From Tubulanus polymorphus (Eukaryota; Animalia; Nemertea): DNA of 64,000 nt. This document shows positions 12,547 through 25,189 of the stretch, piece after piece. The notes under the pieces are model-generated. The model had not been told where the DNA came from. It saw nothing but the letters and a program-made list of their open reading frames with translations, and did not search any database. A program made the position numbers and the translations under genes. Location: NCBI RefSeq assembly GCF_964204645.1, contig NC_134035.1:2480001-2544000 (forward strand). Direction: 5' to 3'. The stretch's first letter is position 1; each line of letters starts with the position of its first letter.

Positions 12547-15450
12547 TTACATCCGCCCGGCCATTTTCATTTCTCTTTCCATTTGACAAACAGCGCAAAC
12601 ACCGCAGAATTGTAGAACGCACGCATCGTTGCAGACACCTCCCTGAAAGGAAAGTATACGTAAGATTTCGAAAACACAGTCAACGATACAAAAGAAATGT
12701 ATTCGCTATTGAAACTATTTACAAAATAGTATGACCCAATTGCACTGTCGTGACTTGAGATTGAAAAAATATTTATATTCAAAACTGGTCGTATACGGCA
12801 TAATTTGCTTTACAAGCAAATGGGCCGATATCAATTAGAGGCCGTAGATTGTGTGCAACAGTCCTATGTTTCGTACCCGAATGTCATGTTCCACTCTTAG
12901 TTTTGTCCTCAACGCCAGTAAACCGCCCGGGCAACATAGTGGGGCACATGCATTTTCGCGCATTGCAGAACTGATTCGACATAAAGTGCACGCATAGAAG
13001 AAATAACCGCAAAGGCCTGTGAAATAATAGTTAATCATGATTATACCAGAACTCACTAAAACTTACGCAGTATAGAAATATTTTTCCAAATTTGCATACA
13101 TGATTCTTAATTGACTATTTATTTTAATATGTTTGATTGAAAAAGGGTTTTTTTACGTTACGATGGACACTTACAGACTTGGCAATCGGCAAAGCAGTCA
13201 CATAAACCAGTCGACCATTCATTGAGTCCCTGGTGCACTTTTTGCGCGCTAGTCGGTTGATTCATAACCACGACTGTTCTAAAGATGAAAGAAATATTCA
13301 AAGAAAAATATAGAAGATATTATTAAGGTTATGGAAAAAATGAATCATTTTAAGACTAGTAGGTCTTTGATCAAATATTATGCAAGTCTACACAACGCCA
13401 AATCCAACGTCCAAATGTCTCTTAGTGTTGTAGATGTTTCGACAAGCAAGGTCAATGTGGATGCAGACAGTAAGATGCGGTTGAATAGAGTTCTAATGAT
13501 AAGTACAGATTTCACATTGTCACTATATTACACTTTGGTAAGACCTATTCCGAAAGTGTAAATCACCTAAAATTCCTTATTATCTGCTTCAAAATCACGG
13601 AAGTGAAATAGGCGGGAAACGACTTAATGATCCCTATACGCCTTGGTAGAACTGATTATACATTTTCTTTGCCGCTTATTCTCTGAATATGGCTTATCTA
13701 CTTAACAACATGAAGCCGAACTAATTGCAGTATTCTGAAGCCTGTGCCGATTCTATAGTCATGGTCTAGACTTAAGACCAGTCTAAATCCAATTCAGTTC
13801 TATAGCCAATCTATAAACCTAAGACAAATATTAAGATTTGAGACCACTTTTGGACTGAAGTCTCGACTGTGTAACTGACCGACCCCAGGACTGCGAAAAA
13901 TTCATAGCGGAATTTAGAAAAATACAGATATTTTCAAGTCAGTAATGCAATGTTTTTATGAAAGATATTCCATTCTTTTCTTTCTGCGGATTATGCAAAT
14001 TATGCAATAGAGGGGAAACCAGTCGAAACCAGTCCTAACCAGTCCTAGGCAGCGTACCGTATTCAGTTCTGAATAACCGGTCACCATGACATTAGATTTT
14101 GATAACAAATCATTTCATGATCGAATCAAAGTTGTACGAAAACAGGTTCTTTTTCCTCTTTAAACTATTTATTGTGTGATAGACGACTTCGCTTCACGCC
14201 TCGCTAATCGTTATTCATGATTTATATATTCAATTATTACCTAATAAATACACGACGAAATGACTTCCCTACGAAACGTCTTGTTTTAAGGCTACGCATT
14301 ACAATTTCAACTTATTCGCCTCGTATATTGTCGGTTTCTTTGGGCTGTCAAACGGCCCCGATGATGTTTTTATGTCTTGACAACTATTATGCGTTATTCA
14401 ATGGGTACTGTGTACGAATCGATGTGCACTACGTCATAAATATCGACGTTACAAAATAACAATCACAATGAAGTGAAATTTTAGCCTTTATTAGTTAATT
14501 GAATTTTACGACTTTTTGTTTTCTATCATAAGATCAATTTTCATGCATTGTTGTAATGAATTAAAACATTGCGCGGATGGATGTGCATTACGTCATCAAT
14601 ATTTGGGCTGGACTGGTTGCCGTTCAATTCTGAATCTGAGTATATATTATGTTTTTTTTTATAATAAACTCTCAAATTAGTTTTATTGTCATATACGTGT
14701 TCCTGTTATTTATTTGATTTTCAAATCGGAAATCGAAGTACAGATATAGTTGTGTGATCGGCTTGTATATTATTTTACTGATTATTCGTGAAGATATATC
14801 AATTCAATTCCATTCAGTTCATATAAGTAACAAAAAGAGAAAATAAAATCTACGCGGACCTAACAAAACTCACTGGCCTCTGAGCGCTAGCACCCAAGAA
14901 AGAAAAAAACATCAAGAATTTGAAAAAAATTAGAAAATTAAAAAAACAGTATTTTACAAGAAAGACCGCATAAGATTGATTGTAAACACACATTATTAAC
15001 TAACGCCGTCGTCAAAGTCTCAATCTTACAATTTTCGTTTGGTTTACAAATACACACATCTAGACAAATATGTTATCGAAAGAAATGGAATCTGAAAAAC
15101 GAATCCACTGTTAGTGTTTCGAGTTATTTTTTTTTGAAATAGGCGTAATAGAAAATTCGTTTTCGTCCCCTACCGCGCGATAAAATCCGTAAAAACGAAA
15201 TCTGCGAAACAAAAACAAAAATCTATTGAGCTACGAATCAATTTTTTCAGTTAACTTAATTTTCTTATAATTTTTCTATCATTTCTTTTGAGAAAAAAAA
15301 TTACTTTCGATTTTGATGCAATATAAATGAAAATTTGCCTTTTTTAAATCGTTCCGCTGTAACGAATGTTGTCTTTTATATTTGTTTTACGAATACGACT
15401 TTAGTTAAATTTAGTGATTTAAAAGCCCACCTTTGAGCATTTGGATCCAT
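12547..15450 (-). CDS. Cornifelin/PLAC8-family protein, copy C (119 aa)
   Basis: Exons 15450-15431, 13278-13175, 13016-12877, 12642-12547 (360 nt): MDPNAQRTVVVMNQP...EWSTGLCDCFADCQVCLCGYFFYACTLCRIS...HDIRGGVCNDACVLQFCGVCAVCQMEREMKMAGRM. Confidence 0.92.
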
Positions 15451-17565
15451 AATGTAACGTAGAAGTAGTAATCGCCCGCTGTTTCTATATCAGGTGATGA
15501 GCCGCCGTGTTGTTATTGAATACCTCGAATGACGCGTAGGTTACGGGACCCGACGCGTTCGAAACTTTTTAACGTTCAAGCAATAAAACTATAAACTATG
15601 AAAAGAATTCGGCTGTAAATGAATCGGTTCTAGGGACTTGTTTGGGAAATTCAGATTTAAAGAAATTGAAATCCGCAGTATAATGTCTGATTGGGAAATT
15701 AATAAGCAAATTTTACTATTTTGGATAAATAGATTTCATCATATGTTCAATACCCATATGCCCCTGTATTTTAGTGTACGGGGAATGCGCCGTATAAATG
15801 AATAACAAACGTTTGACTTACAAAATTTGATTTCCATTATTTCAGCGTTTTGAGGATTCAATATTAGCAATTCGCCGAGCTGGATGTAACCTCCAGGTAA
15901 GCACTCGTCTTGCGATTTTAAACTTTGTTTAACGGCTGTTGTTTTTCCATATGTTTTCCAGCTGGTGAAATAAGAAAAAGGTATAGTCGTTCCATCGCCT
16001 CCGACTCGTGCATGCAGAGTTTCAGGATATTCGCACACGATACATTGAACATACAGGAATGGAGAATAATTTAGTTTCGCTCATTTTTTAGTTCATTTCA
16101 CGCGTAAATGTTTCGCCTATTTCAGTTTCTTTAGGTCATCATAGAGATGAAATACACTACGCACTATCAAAAGGGCGTAAAGCATTTATCGAGAAAATCT
16201 TTTTTTTCAGTTTTTAGAAAAATTGAAGGCTTGGAATGAAGTATTTCGATATGGGAATCAATCCATCATCTCTTTCATTCAGAAATATGCATGATACATC
16301 TTCTTTATTTGCGGTTAGTTGGCAGAAATCTGTTCGGCGTGGTATTGAACACCAGGTAAGCGCTTATGAATTGTCTTACGAGTTTGAACTCTTTTCAAAG
16401 AAACGACTGCATATTTTCTAAAGTCGGTGCAATTTTCTGCGATGAGAAAAAATACAGTCGTTTCTGTATAAGTTCAATCGCGGCCAAACGAATTCATTTA
16501 CAAGTTATCATTATACCTGACAACGATACTGGAGTACACTGGAATCAGCTTGTCCGCCCAGGCGTCCGTCCGTCCATCCATGTATTAAATCCTGCACGGT
16601 CAACTCCTTAGGTCTTCGGTTGTATGACGATGAAACTCAGAATCCCACAATAATAACGAAATAATAGTATCAAGTCCAAAAATGTTTCCTCGAGCTCGTA
16701 GTTCATTCAACATTTCGACTATATTCAAATTATTCATCTTCAAATAGTAACGGGCCCCGACCTGATCTGAAGGCAGTTTTTTTCAAACGTTCATACACAA
16801 TAAAACGCGCGTAAGTCGGAAAAATAAATATAACTGACTACATATGAACAAATCCGGCTAGGGGGGACTTTTTTGGAAAGCTCCGATTTAGAGAAATTTA
16901 AATCCGACGCGTGGTGCTGATTCCGAAAAAGATAAGCAACTTTTAACTGCCTATTTCAGATGAATTGTGGACCTAACCACGTCTCGGTAAAGCCAAGCAG
17001 CGAAGGCTCGAAGTTTTGATGCCAAGTCAGCTCTCATTTGGTTTCAATATCTGGTAGTCCTGTCAAAAAACATCAAAATACTGATTATGAAATATGACAA
17101 TGACATATTTGTTGCGCTTTACTATAAAACACTTTGCAGTCGCAATTTTTCATTGGTACAATGAATTGCGCGCACCCGACGCACCCCCTGACTACAGGCC
17201 TGCAGCCTAGACTGATATCATCGGGATTCTTCGTGAAATAGTACGTCTGGATCGCTCGATATTTATTTCGGTAAATATAAATCGTGTCTTAGATTTTTTG
17301 AATAAATAACTTCCCGATTTTGAAATTCTTTTGATTTGTACATAGTGGGTTTTTGTCTAATTAAGTGAGGTTGAATCTACTTTCTCAACTGAATAAATGA
17401 AATCAAATTATTCTGTCCGATATCCAGTGAGTAAGAAGATTAATAGCTAAGGGGGGATTAATAGCTAAGATACCGATTCTGAAAATCATTTTTTTCACAG
17501 ATTCCGAACAAAATTCACGTGGAAACCATTTTGTTCTGTGTCAAATCTGCGACAAGAGCGTAAAT

Positions 17566-17691
17566 CAGGGGCCGGTTTTATAGACTGGTATTAATTTTAA
17601 CCCGGGGCTAACTTAATTCATTTTCAATAGAGTTAAATAAGTTTATAATAATAATGGTTTAAGATAATACCAATCTAAAAACCGGGCCCAG
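17566..17691. mobile_element. Short hairpin MITE
   Basis: Inverted termini GGGGCCGGTTTTATAGACTGGTATTA ... TAATACCAATCTAAAAACCGGGCCC; no coding capacity. Confidence 0.65.
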
Positions 17692-19084
17692 AGTTTTATC
17701 ATTACAAAGATTTTTGCTCAGTCACACTTGTATAAAATCAGTAAACACGTAGAATATATTAAAGCGAAGTTGTTTGTTTGTTGATCAGGACTACATCAGA
17801 TGAACTGGATAAATATGTGTTGGCAGCATTAGAACTCACCGAGAGGATAAACAAACAAACGAACACATATTGGGGAACTTGACTTCAGTTATAGTGAACT
17901 TTATGTCTACGAGGACTAAATATGTGACACTACCGATTGGCTATGTTTGAACTAAAAACGGGGCAACTGAAAAAAACTGCTCGTGGCATCTTGAACCCGT
18001 CGTTCGCTCCCAGACGAAACTAGGAATATCCCCGATTCAAATTTACTCTTAAGCTTTATTCTTTCATAGAAAATTGTTTCTTTAATAGTTTCAGAGCATT
18101 TTTTTCTGGTTACAGTGAATTAGTGGTAGTTGAATGCACTATTTTTGAGAATAAAATTTATTGTGCTTGAAATTCTTCCTTTGGCATGTGAGCCTATCGC
18201 TTTACCGGATGGTAATACATTCCGCTGACAAAAGAGTTCTATCAAAAATGGTTTGAAATTCGTTTTAAAAAGATGATCCCCTTCGAAAAACCTTAAACGA
18301 TAGTAGAATTATTCATATAAAAGGGAATCGTATTAAACATTGAACGAAATTCGGCAACGAAAAATATCTTTATTACTCGCATGCCACAGTATGATAGCAA
18401 GGCTGAGTTAGATATCTACCGTACAGTGCTGCCACTATGAATTACGATAGCGGAATTTTTGTGAACTAAAATAGTGGCGCACATTTACCGCCGAAATTTA
18501 AATTTCCTTATTACGTACAATACGGACCAGTGTGGCGCCTAATTCTGATTGAATATGATACTATGAATACGTTCTGAATTTTGTATGATATTGCCTTATT
18601 TTTTAGGTAACATATTTAATTCTTTTTAGCTAAAATTCACTTACTTATCAATTAATATCGTATTTATATACAGAATAACTTATTCATTTATATTTTTGAA
18701 TGATAATTCATCATCTGAATTGACAAAATGTCCATATTTTTTCTTCGATATATTCTAATTGCGCGCAAATAATCAGGGAACATACAAACACCTGTCGCTC
18801 TCTCCCAGACCATACTAGAAATACCCCGATTCAAATTAACTCTTTTAAGGCTCATTCTCTTATAGAAAAACTGTTTGGTTCAAACGTTTCAGAGCAGTTT
18901 TCAGAGTTTGAGAATATTTCTCGGAATCCGGCCCGCAAATCGGTAATTAGTTCGTCCACTACGGCCGTTCGAAGACTCTGGCAAGCGAGTATTATGTTAG
19001 TTCACGTTTTCCACGCTATCGTAATACATAGGGGCAGCACTAGACGGTCGAGATTGAATTGATCGCGCTATTTTTACTGTGGAG

Positions 19085-19900
19085 CGGGATCGACAAATTC
19101 AAGTTCTTGAATGACTCGTTTGATGGCGCTAGTCAGAACCGGAAATTGGAACCTAAATCCGCCATGCTCTAGTTCATTTGCAATGAAAATCTCTCGCTTC
19201 AAGTTTTCAATGAGCGATATTTTACTTACTATATATCGTCACACATAATCCTTTAAATATGATATCCTACCGCTACGTTGGATATGATAAAACCTCACTG
19301 AAAAGGCTAGAAATCACTATGAATGTCCTAAAATTATCAAAAAACATTTTGCAGCTGCTGACGATACAAAGACTATGGTTGCCAGGTGTCACATGGTGGC
19401 AGCACTTGACGGCCCAATTTTGATTGTTGGTTCGAGTCCTGGTACTTTTCATATTTTTATTATGAATCTACGAGTTTAGTCCTTCTAAAATCAATTTTAT
19501 TTCATTATATTATTTTATATCTATCAGTGTAGCCTGCAATAAATTTACCTTAAGAGTCTTGAACTCAAAAACAAAGCGATGACCCCGGCACCAGTCATTA
19601 CTTCCGTTAGCTGCTTCGAGCGTCATCGCTAAATTTATTTTTGGTGGTTATTTTTTACGTTTCTAGTAATCTTTAGCATTCGAAGTGGGGTTTTATCGAA
19701 TTCAACACATTGTAAGGTTATCATACTCAAAGGATTATGCGTGCCGTTGTATAGTAAGTTAAATATCGCTAACTAAAAACTTGAAGCGAGAGATTTTTAT
19801 TGCAAATTAACTAGAACATGGCGGATTTAGGTTCAAATTTCCGGTTCTGACTAGCGCCATCAAACGAGTAATTCAAGAACTTGAATTTGTCGATATCCCG
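19085..19900. mobile_element. Non-autonomous DNA transposon with ~240-bp terminal inverted repeats
   Basis: CGGGATCGACAAATTCAAGTTCTTGAATGACTCGTTTGATGGCGCTAGTCAGAACCGGAAATT... is the reverse complement of ...AATTTCCGGTTCTGACTAGCGCCATCAAACGAGTAATTCAAGAACTTGAATTTGTCGATATCCCG. Absent from the equivalent site in unit 2 (~23051). Confidence 0.88.
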
Positions 19901-20228
19901 TATTCAATCGCTAATTCTTTACTTACAGTGAACTATCCCCTCAATTGATAAAGACTTTAAAGCCCCGATGATTTTTAATGTACGAATTTTGATATTGGGT
20001 AAAAAGATAAGAATTAATGATATTTCATGTCCCCAGTTGACTTTGCAGACATGTCACGACAGAGCGGGGCCCCGGCCCTGACTCGACCAGTTAGTAATCA
20101 ACGGCTTTCTCCTCCCACTGCCACAGGCTGGGCTCTTGTGTAAAACGAGAATCTGTTAATCCAGTGTGACTGAAAACTTTTGCTTAAGCCTTTACTATGT
20201 CAGAGTAATTGTACTGTTTTGCTCCCTT

Positions 20229-20368
20229 TTCACCCATCCTCCCTCAACCTCTCACCCCTTCCTCCCTCAACCTCACTCCAACCTCTCACCTCATCCTCCC
20301 CCAACCTCATCACCCCATTGTCCCCAACCTCTCATCCCATCCTCCCCCAACCTCTCAGTCAGTCTCCC
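20229..20368. repeat. CT-rich minisatellite (~21-bp unit CCTCCCTCAACCTCTCACCCC); expanded copy at 23427-23758
   Basis: Directly visible tandem variants. They explain the Pro/Ser/Leu-rich ORFs at 20166, 20180 and 23406. Confidence 0.9.
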
Positions 20369-20908
20369 TGTTAATGTGATTTCATTTTAGTATTTCAGGT
20401 TTTCCTCTGTCGGGCTGTGGTGTAAACTTCATCACGAATACTGGACGTGGTGGACTTCAACTGAAATTTACCACAGTTTTACTTCTTCAGTCAACTTCTT
20501 CCGGACTACTAGTGAACTAACCAGACTATATGTGAACTAACTGGACTATTTAGTCAACTAACCGGACCATAAGTGGATTGATACTCATTAAATAACAGTC
20601 AGTGGTGGACTCCAGGAGGTGTGGAACTCTGTATGTGGATTTGTGGAACTCGGTGGACTACCATTACTGCTAGACAAGGGCTGGTGAGTGTGTGAGTAGA
20701 ATTTCTTATAAGTTTCCAAACAATTATGAGAAAGCAGTTTATCTGTAAACACTGTTTACACTGCATTTCATAATAATTGTCAATGGGGTTATTTGTAGCA
20801 GCCTGTAATTGTGTTGCAGGAATTATAATACAGGGTTTTAGTAAGAGCATCAATTTCTACCTTAAAAATTAATTGAATATTTGACATCATTGAATAAAAA
20901 TCGTTAAA

Positions 20909-21604
20909 GGACCGAATTTCGCGGGCGAATTTCATAAAAATCTGTGACGAAATCGAGGGGGTCAAAACACGAAATCCTGAATATCTCATTTTAGGAGCAT
21001 CGGATCCAAAATCTAACCTCATATTTGTAATCAGCACCCCAAAAAACATGTCTGCACTGGATTTTATCAAAATTGGGCCAAAAAAAAATTTTGACTTTGT
21101 ACCCCATTTTTGGGGTGCATATTTTGGGCATTAAAACCCTTATTTGATCATGAAGATGAATTCCGATTCAAAATCTGATTGCGGATCCGGAATCTACACC
21201 TCAGAATACATATTCCTACTAATTTTCGAAGGAATCAGAGAAAAAAAATTTTTCGCCGAAAAAAAACTCCTGGACTAACACCTTAGATTTTTGCCATTTT
21301 TGGCCAAAAAATCGAATCGCTTCGATTTGCCCAAAATTTTAGTCCTCTATATTTTCAGGGGTGCTGATTCCAAATCTGTAATCAGATTTTTAATATCTCA
21401 AAAACTCTGGGGTCCAAGGCCTTTTGAAAATTTAGGGGGTCCCCCAAAAATTCGAATTTCTCATTTTCGGGGCCTCCGATCTCAAAAATTCTTTCAGATT
21501 TGTGATCAGCACCCAAGAATGCATGTCTATACTGAATTTCATCGAAATCTGAGACAAAAAATATTTCATCCCTGACACTCATTTTATGGAGTATCCTACC
21601 TTAG
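20909..21604. mobile_element. Repeat-family fragment with reiterated ATCAGCACCC / GGGTGCTGAT sub-repeats (probable DNA-transposon end); second copy 24009-24702
   Basis: The motif occurs in both orientations (~21030, 21358, 21505), typical of subterminal regions of non-autonomous DNA transposons. Family not identifiable by eye. Confidence 0.55.
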
Positions 21605-21744
21605 ATTGCCATTTCTCTGATGCACCGGTAACTAGACTTTACTCTAACTCTGTATGTTTGATTGGTGGCCTCAAATCTATTAAGTTTCATGTATATTTTT
21701 AGGATGTTTGTCATCATTAGGAACAACATGCATGTATTGACGTT

Positions 21745-24700
21745 TTTGTTTGTTGATCAGGATTACATCAGATGAACTGGATAAATATGTGTTGGCAGTG
21801 TTAGAACTCACCGAGAGGATAAACAAACAAACGAACACATATTGGGAGAACTTGACTTCAGTTATAGTGAACTTTTATCCACGAGGACTAAATATGTGAC
21901 ACTACCGATTGGCTGTGTTTGAACTAAAAACGGGGCAAATGAAAAAAACTGCTCGTGGCATCTAGAACCTGTCGTTCTCTCCCAGACGAAACTAGGAATA
22001 TCCCCGATTCAAATTTACTCTTAAGCTTTATTCTTTCATAGAAAATTGTTTCTTTAATATTTTCAAAGCATTTTTTTCTGGTTTCTATTATTGCTAATTG
22101 AAAGCACTATTTTAGAGAATAAAATTTAATTTGCTTGAAAACTTCCTTTGGCACGTGAGCCTATCGCTTTACCGGATGCTAATACATACCGCTGAAAAAA
22201 GAGTTCTATCAAAAATGTTTTGAAATTCGTTTTAAAAAAATGTTCCCCTTCGAAAAACCTTAAACGATAGTAGAATTATTCATATACAATGGAATCGTAT
22301 TGAACATTGAACGAAATTCGGCTAAGAAAAATATCTTTATTACTCGCATGCCACAGTATGATAGCGAGGCTGAGTTAGATATCTACCGTACAGTGCTGCC
22401 CCTATGAATTACGATAGCGGAATTTTTGTGAACTAAAATAGTGGCGCACATTTACCGCCGAAATTTAAATTTCCCTATTACGTACAATACGGACCAGTGT
22501 GGCGCCTAATTCTGATTGAATATGATACTATGAACACGTTCTGAATTTTGTATGATATTGCCTTATTTTTAGGAAACATATTTAATTCTTTTTAGCTAAA
22601 ATTCACTTACTTATCAATTAATATAGTATTTATATACAGAATAACTTATTCATTTACATTTGTGAATGATAATTTATCTTTTGAATTGACAAAATGTCCA
22701 TATTTTTTCTTCGATATATTCTAATTTCGCGCAAATAATCAGGGAACATACAAACACCTGTCGCTCTCTCCCAGACCATACTAGAAATACCCCGATTCAA
22801 ATTTACTCTTTCAAGGCTTATTCTTTTATAGAAAAATTGTTTGGTTCAAACGTTTCAGAGCAGTTTTCAGAGTTTGAGAATTATCCTCGGAATCCGGCCC
22901 GCAAATCGGTAATTAGTTCGTCCACTATGGCCGTTCGAAGACTCTGGCAAGCGAGTATTATGTTAGTTCACGTTTTCCACGCTATCGTTATACATAGGGG
23001 CAGCACTAGACGGTCGAGATTGAATTGATCGCGCTATTTTTACTGTGGAGCAGGCTCAATTCAATCGCTAATTCTTTATTTACAGTGAACTATTCCCTCA
23101 ATTGATAAAGACTTTAAAGCCACGATGATTTTAAATGTACGAATTTTGATATTTGGTAAAAAGATAAGAATTCAAGATATTTCATGTCCTCAGGGACGCA
23201 CAGGGGGACCTCACTCCATTTGACTTAGCAGACATGTCACGACACAGTGAGACCGGCCCGGCCCTGACTCGACCAGTTAGTTACAATGGCTTTCTTCTCC
23301 CACTGCCACAGGCTGGGCTCTTGTGAAAAACGAGAATCTGTTAATCCAGTGCCGTACTGAAAACTGCTGAAAACTTTTGCTTAAGCCTTTACTATGTCAG
23401 AGTAATTGTACTGTTTTGCTCCCTTTTCACCCATCCTCCCTCAACTTCTAACCCCATCCTTACTCAACCTCTCACCCCAACCTCTCACCTCATCCTCCCC
23501 CAACCTCATCACCCCATCCCTCCTCAACCTCTCACCCCATCCTCCCTCAACCTCTCACCCCTTCCTCACTCCAACCTCTCACCCCTTCCTCCCTCAACCT
23601 CTCACCCCATCCTCCCTCAACCTCTCACCCCTTCCTCACTCCAACCTCTCACCCCTTCCTCCCTCAACCTCACCCCAACCTCTCACCTCATCCTCCCCCA
23701 ACCTCATCACCCCATTGTCCCCAACCTCTCATCCCATCCTCCCTCAACCTCTCAGTCAGTCTTCCTGTTAATGTGATTTCAATTTTAGTATTTCAGGTTT
23801 TCCTCTGTTGGGCTGTGGTATAAACTTCATCACGAATACTGGACGTGGTGGACTTCAACTGAAATTTATCACAGTTTTACTTCTTCAGTCAACTTCTTCC
23901 AGACTACTAGTGAACTAACTGGACTATTTGTGAACTAACCAGACTATATGTGAACTTACTGGACTATTTAGTCAACTAACCGGACTATAAATGGATTGAT
24001 ATAAATTGGACCGAATTTCGCGGGCGAATTTCATCAAAATTTGTGACGAAATTGAGGGGGTCAAAACACGAAATCCTGAATATCTCATTTTAGGAGCCTC
24101 GAATCCAAAATCTAACCTCATATTTGTAATCAGCACCCCAAAAAACATGTGTGCACTGAATTTTATCAAAATTGGGCCAAAAAAAATTTTGACTCTGTAC
24201 CCCATTTTTGGGGTGCATATTTTGGGCATTAAAACCCTTATTTGCTCATGAAGATGAATTCCGATTCAAAATCTGATTGCGGATCCGGAATCTACACCTC
24301 AGAATACATATTCCTACCAAATTTCGTAGGAATCAGAGAAAAAAAAATTTTCGCCGAAAAAAAACTCCTGGACTAACACCTTAGATTTTTGCCATTTTTG
24401 GCCAAAAAATCGAATCGCTTCGATTTGCCCTAAATTTTAGTCCTCTATATTTTCAGGGGTGCTGATTCCAAATCTGTAATCAGATTTTTAATATCTCAAA
24501 AACTCTGGGGTCCAAGGCCTTTTGAAAATTTAGGGGGTCCCCCAAAAATTCGAATTTCTCATTTTCGGGGCCTCCGATCTCAAAAATTCTTTCAGATTTG
24601 TGATCAGCACCCAGGAATACATCTCTACACTAAGTTTAATCGAAATCAGAGACAAAAAATATTTGACCCCTGACATTCATTTTGTGGAGTAGCCTACCTT

Positions 24701-24973
24701 AGATTGCCATTTCTCTGATACACCAGTTACTAGACTTAACTCTGTATGTTTGATTGGTTGCCTCAAATCTATTAAGTTCCATGTATATTTTTTAGGATTG
24801 TCATCATTAGGATGGAACCATTGAGGTGTTTGATGATCAGGACAACATCAGATGAACTGGATAAATATGTGTTGGCAGCGTTAGAACTCACCGAGAGGAT
24901 AAACAAACAAACGAACACATATTGGGAAAACTTGACTTCAGTTATAGTGAACTTTATGTCCACGAGGACTAAA
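21745..24973. repeat. Tandem segmental duplication, unit 2 (~3.1 kb) plus a third copy of the ~140-150 bp unit head (24830-24973)
   Basis: Lacks the 19085-19900 insertion and ~320 bp (20590-20908) of unit 1, and has a longer CT-rich minisatellite. The third head copy diverges after GAGGACTAAATA. Confidence 0.9.
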
Positions 24974-25189
24974 TACAATCCAGGTCCAACATCTGTTGAG
25001 CTTAAAATTTGACCCGACCCTGTGCCTTTTAGAAAAATAAAGAAGCTATAACCATAACGCAACAGACCCGACAGCCAGAGAAATGAACTTGTTTAGAATA
25101 AATCGTCCGCGTGTGTACTTTACGAAATTGACCCGGCCGATTGAGAAACAAGGTATCTTTAGCTTTAAGCTAAAAATACAGTCGGTCAT

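Larger units (their letters stand above)
17775..21745. repeat. Tandem segmental duplication, unit 1 (~4.0 kb)
   Basis: Collinear and highly similar to 21745-24830. Both units start with GATCAGGA..ACATCAGATGAACTGGATAAATATGTGTTGGCAG. Confidence 0.92.

Noticed and set aside
19380-19446. tRNA gene (also 35881-35925)
   Set aside because: A B-box is present but no cloverleaf or anticodon arm can be formed.
23406-23771. Pro/Ser/Leu-rich ORFs (also 20166 and 20180)
   Set aside because: Translations of a CT minisatellite that lacks stop codons.
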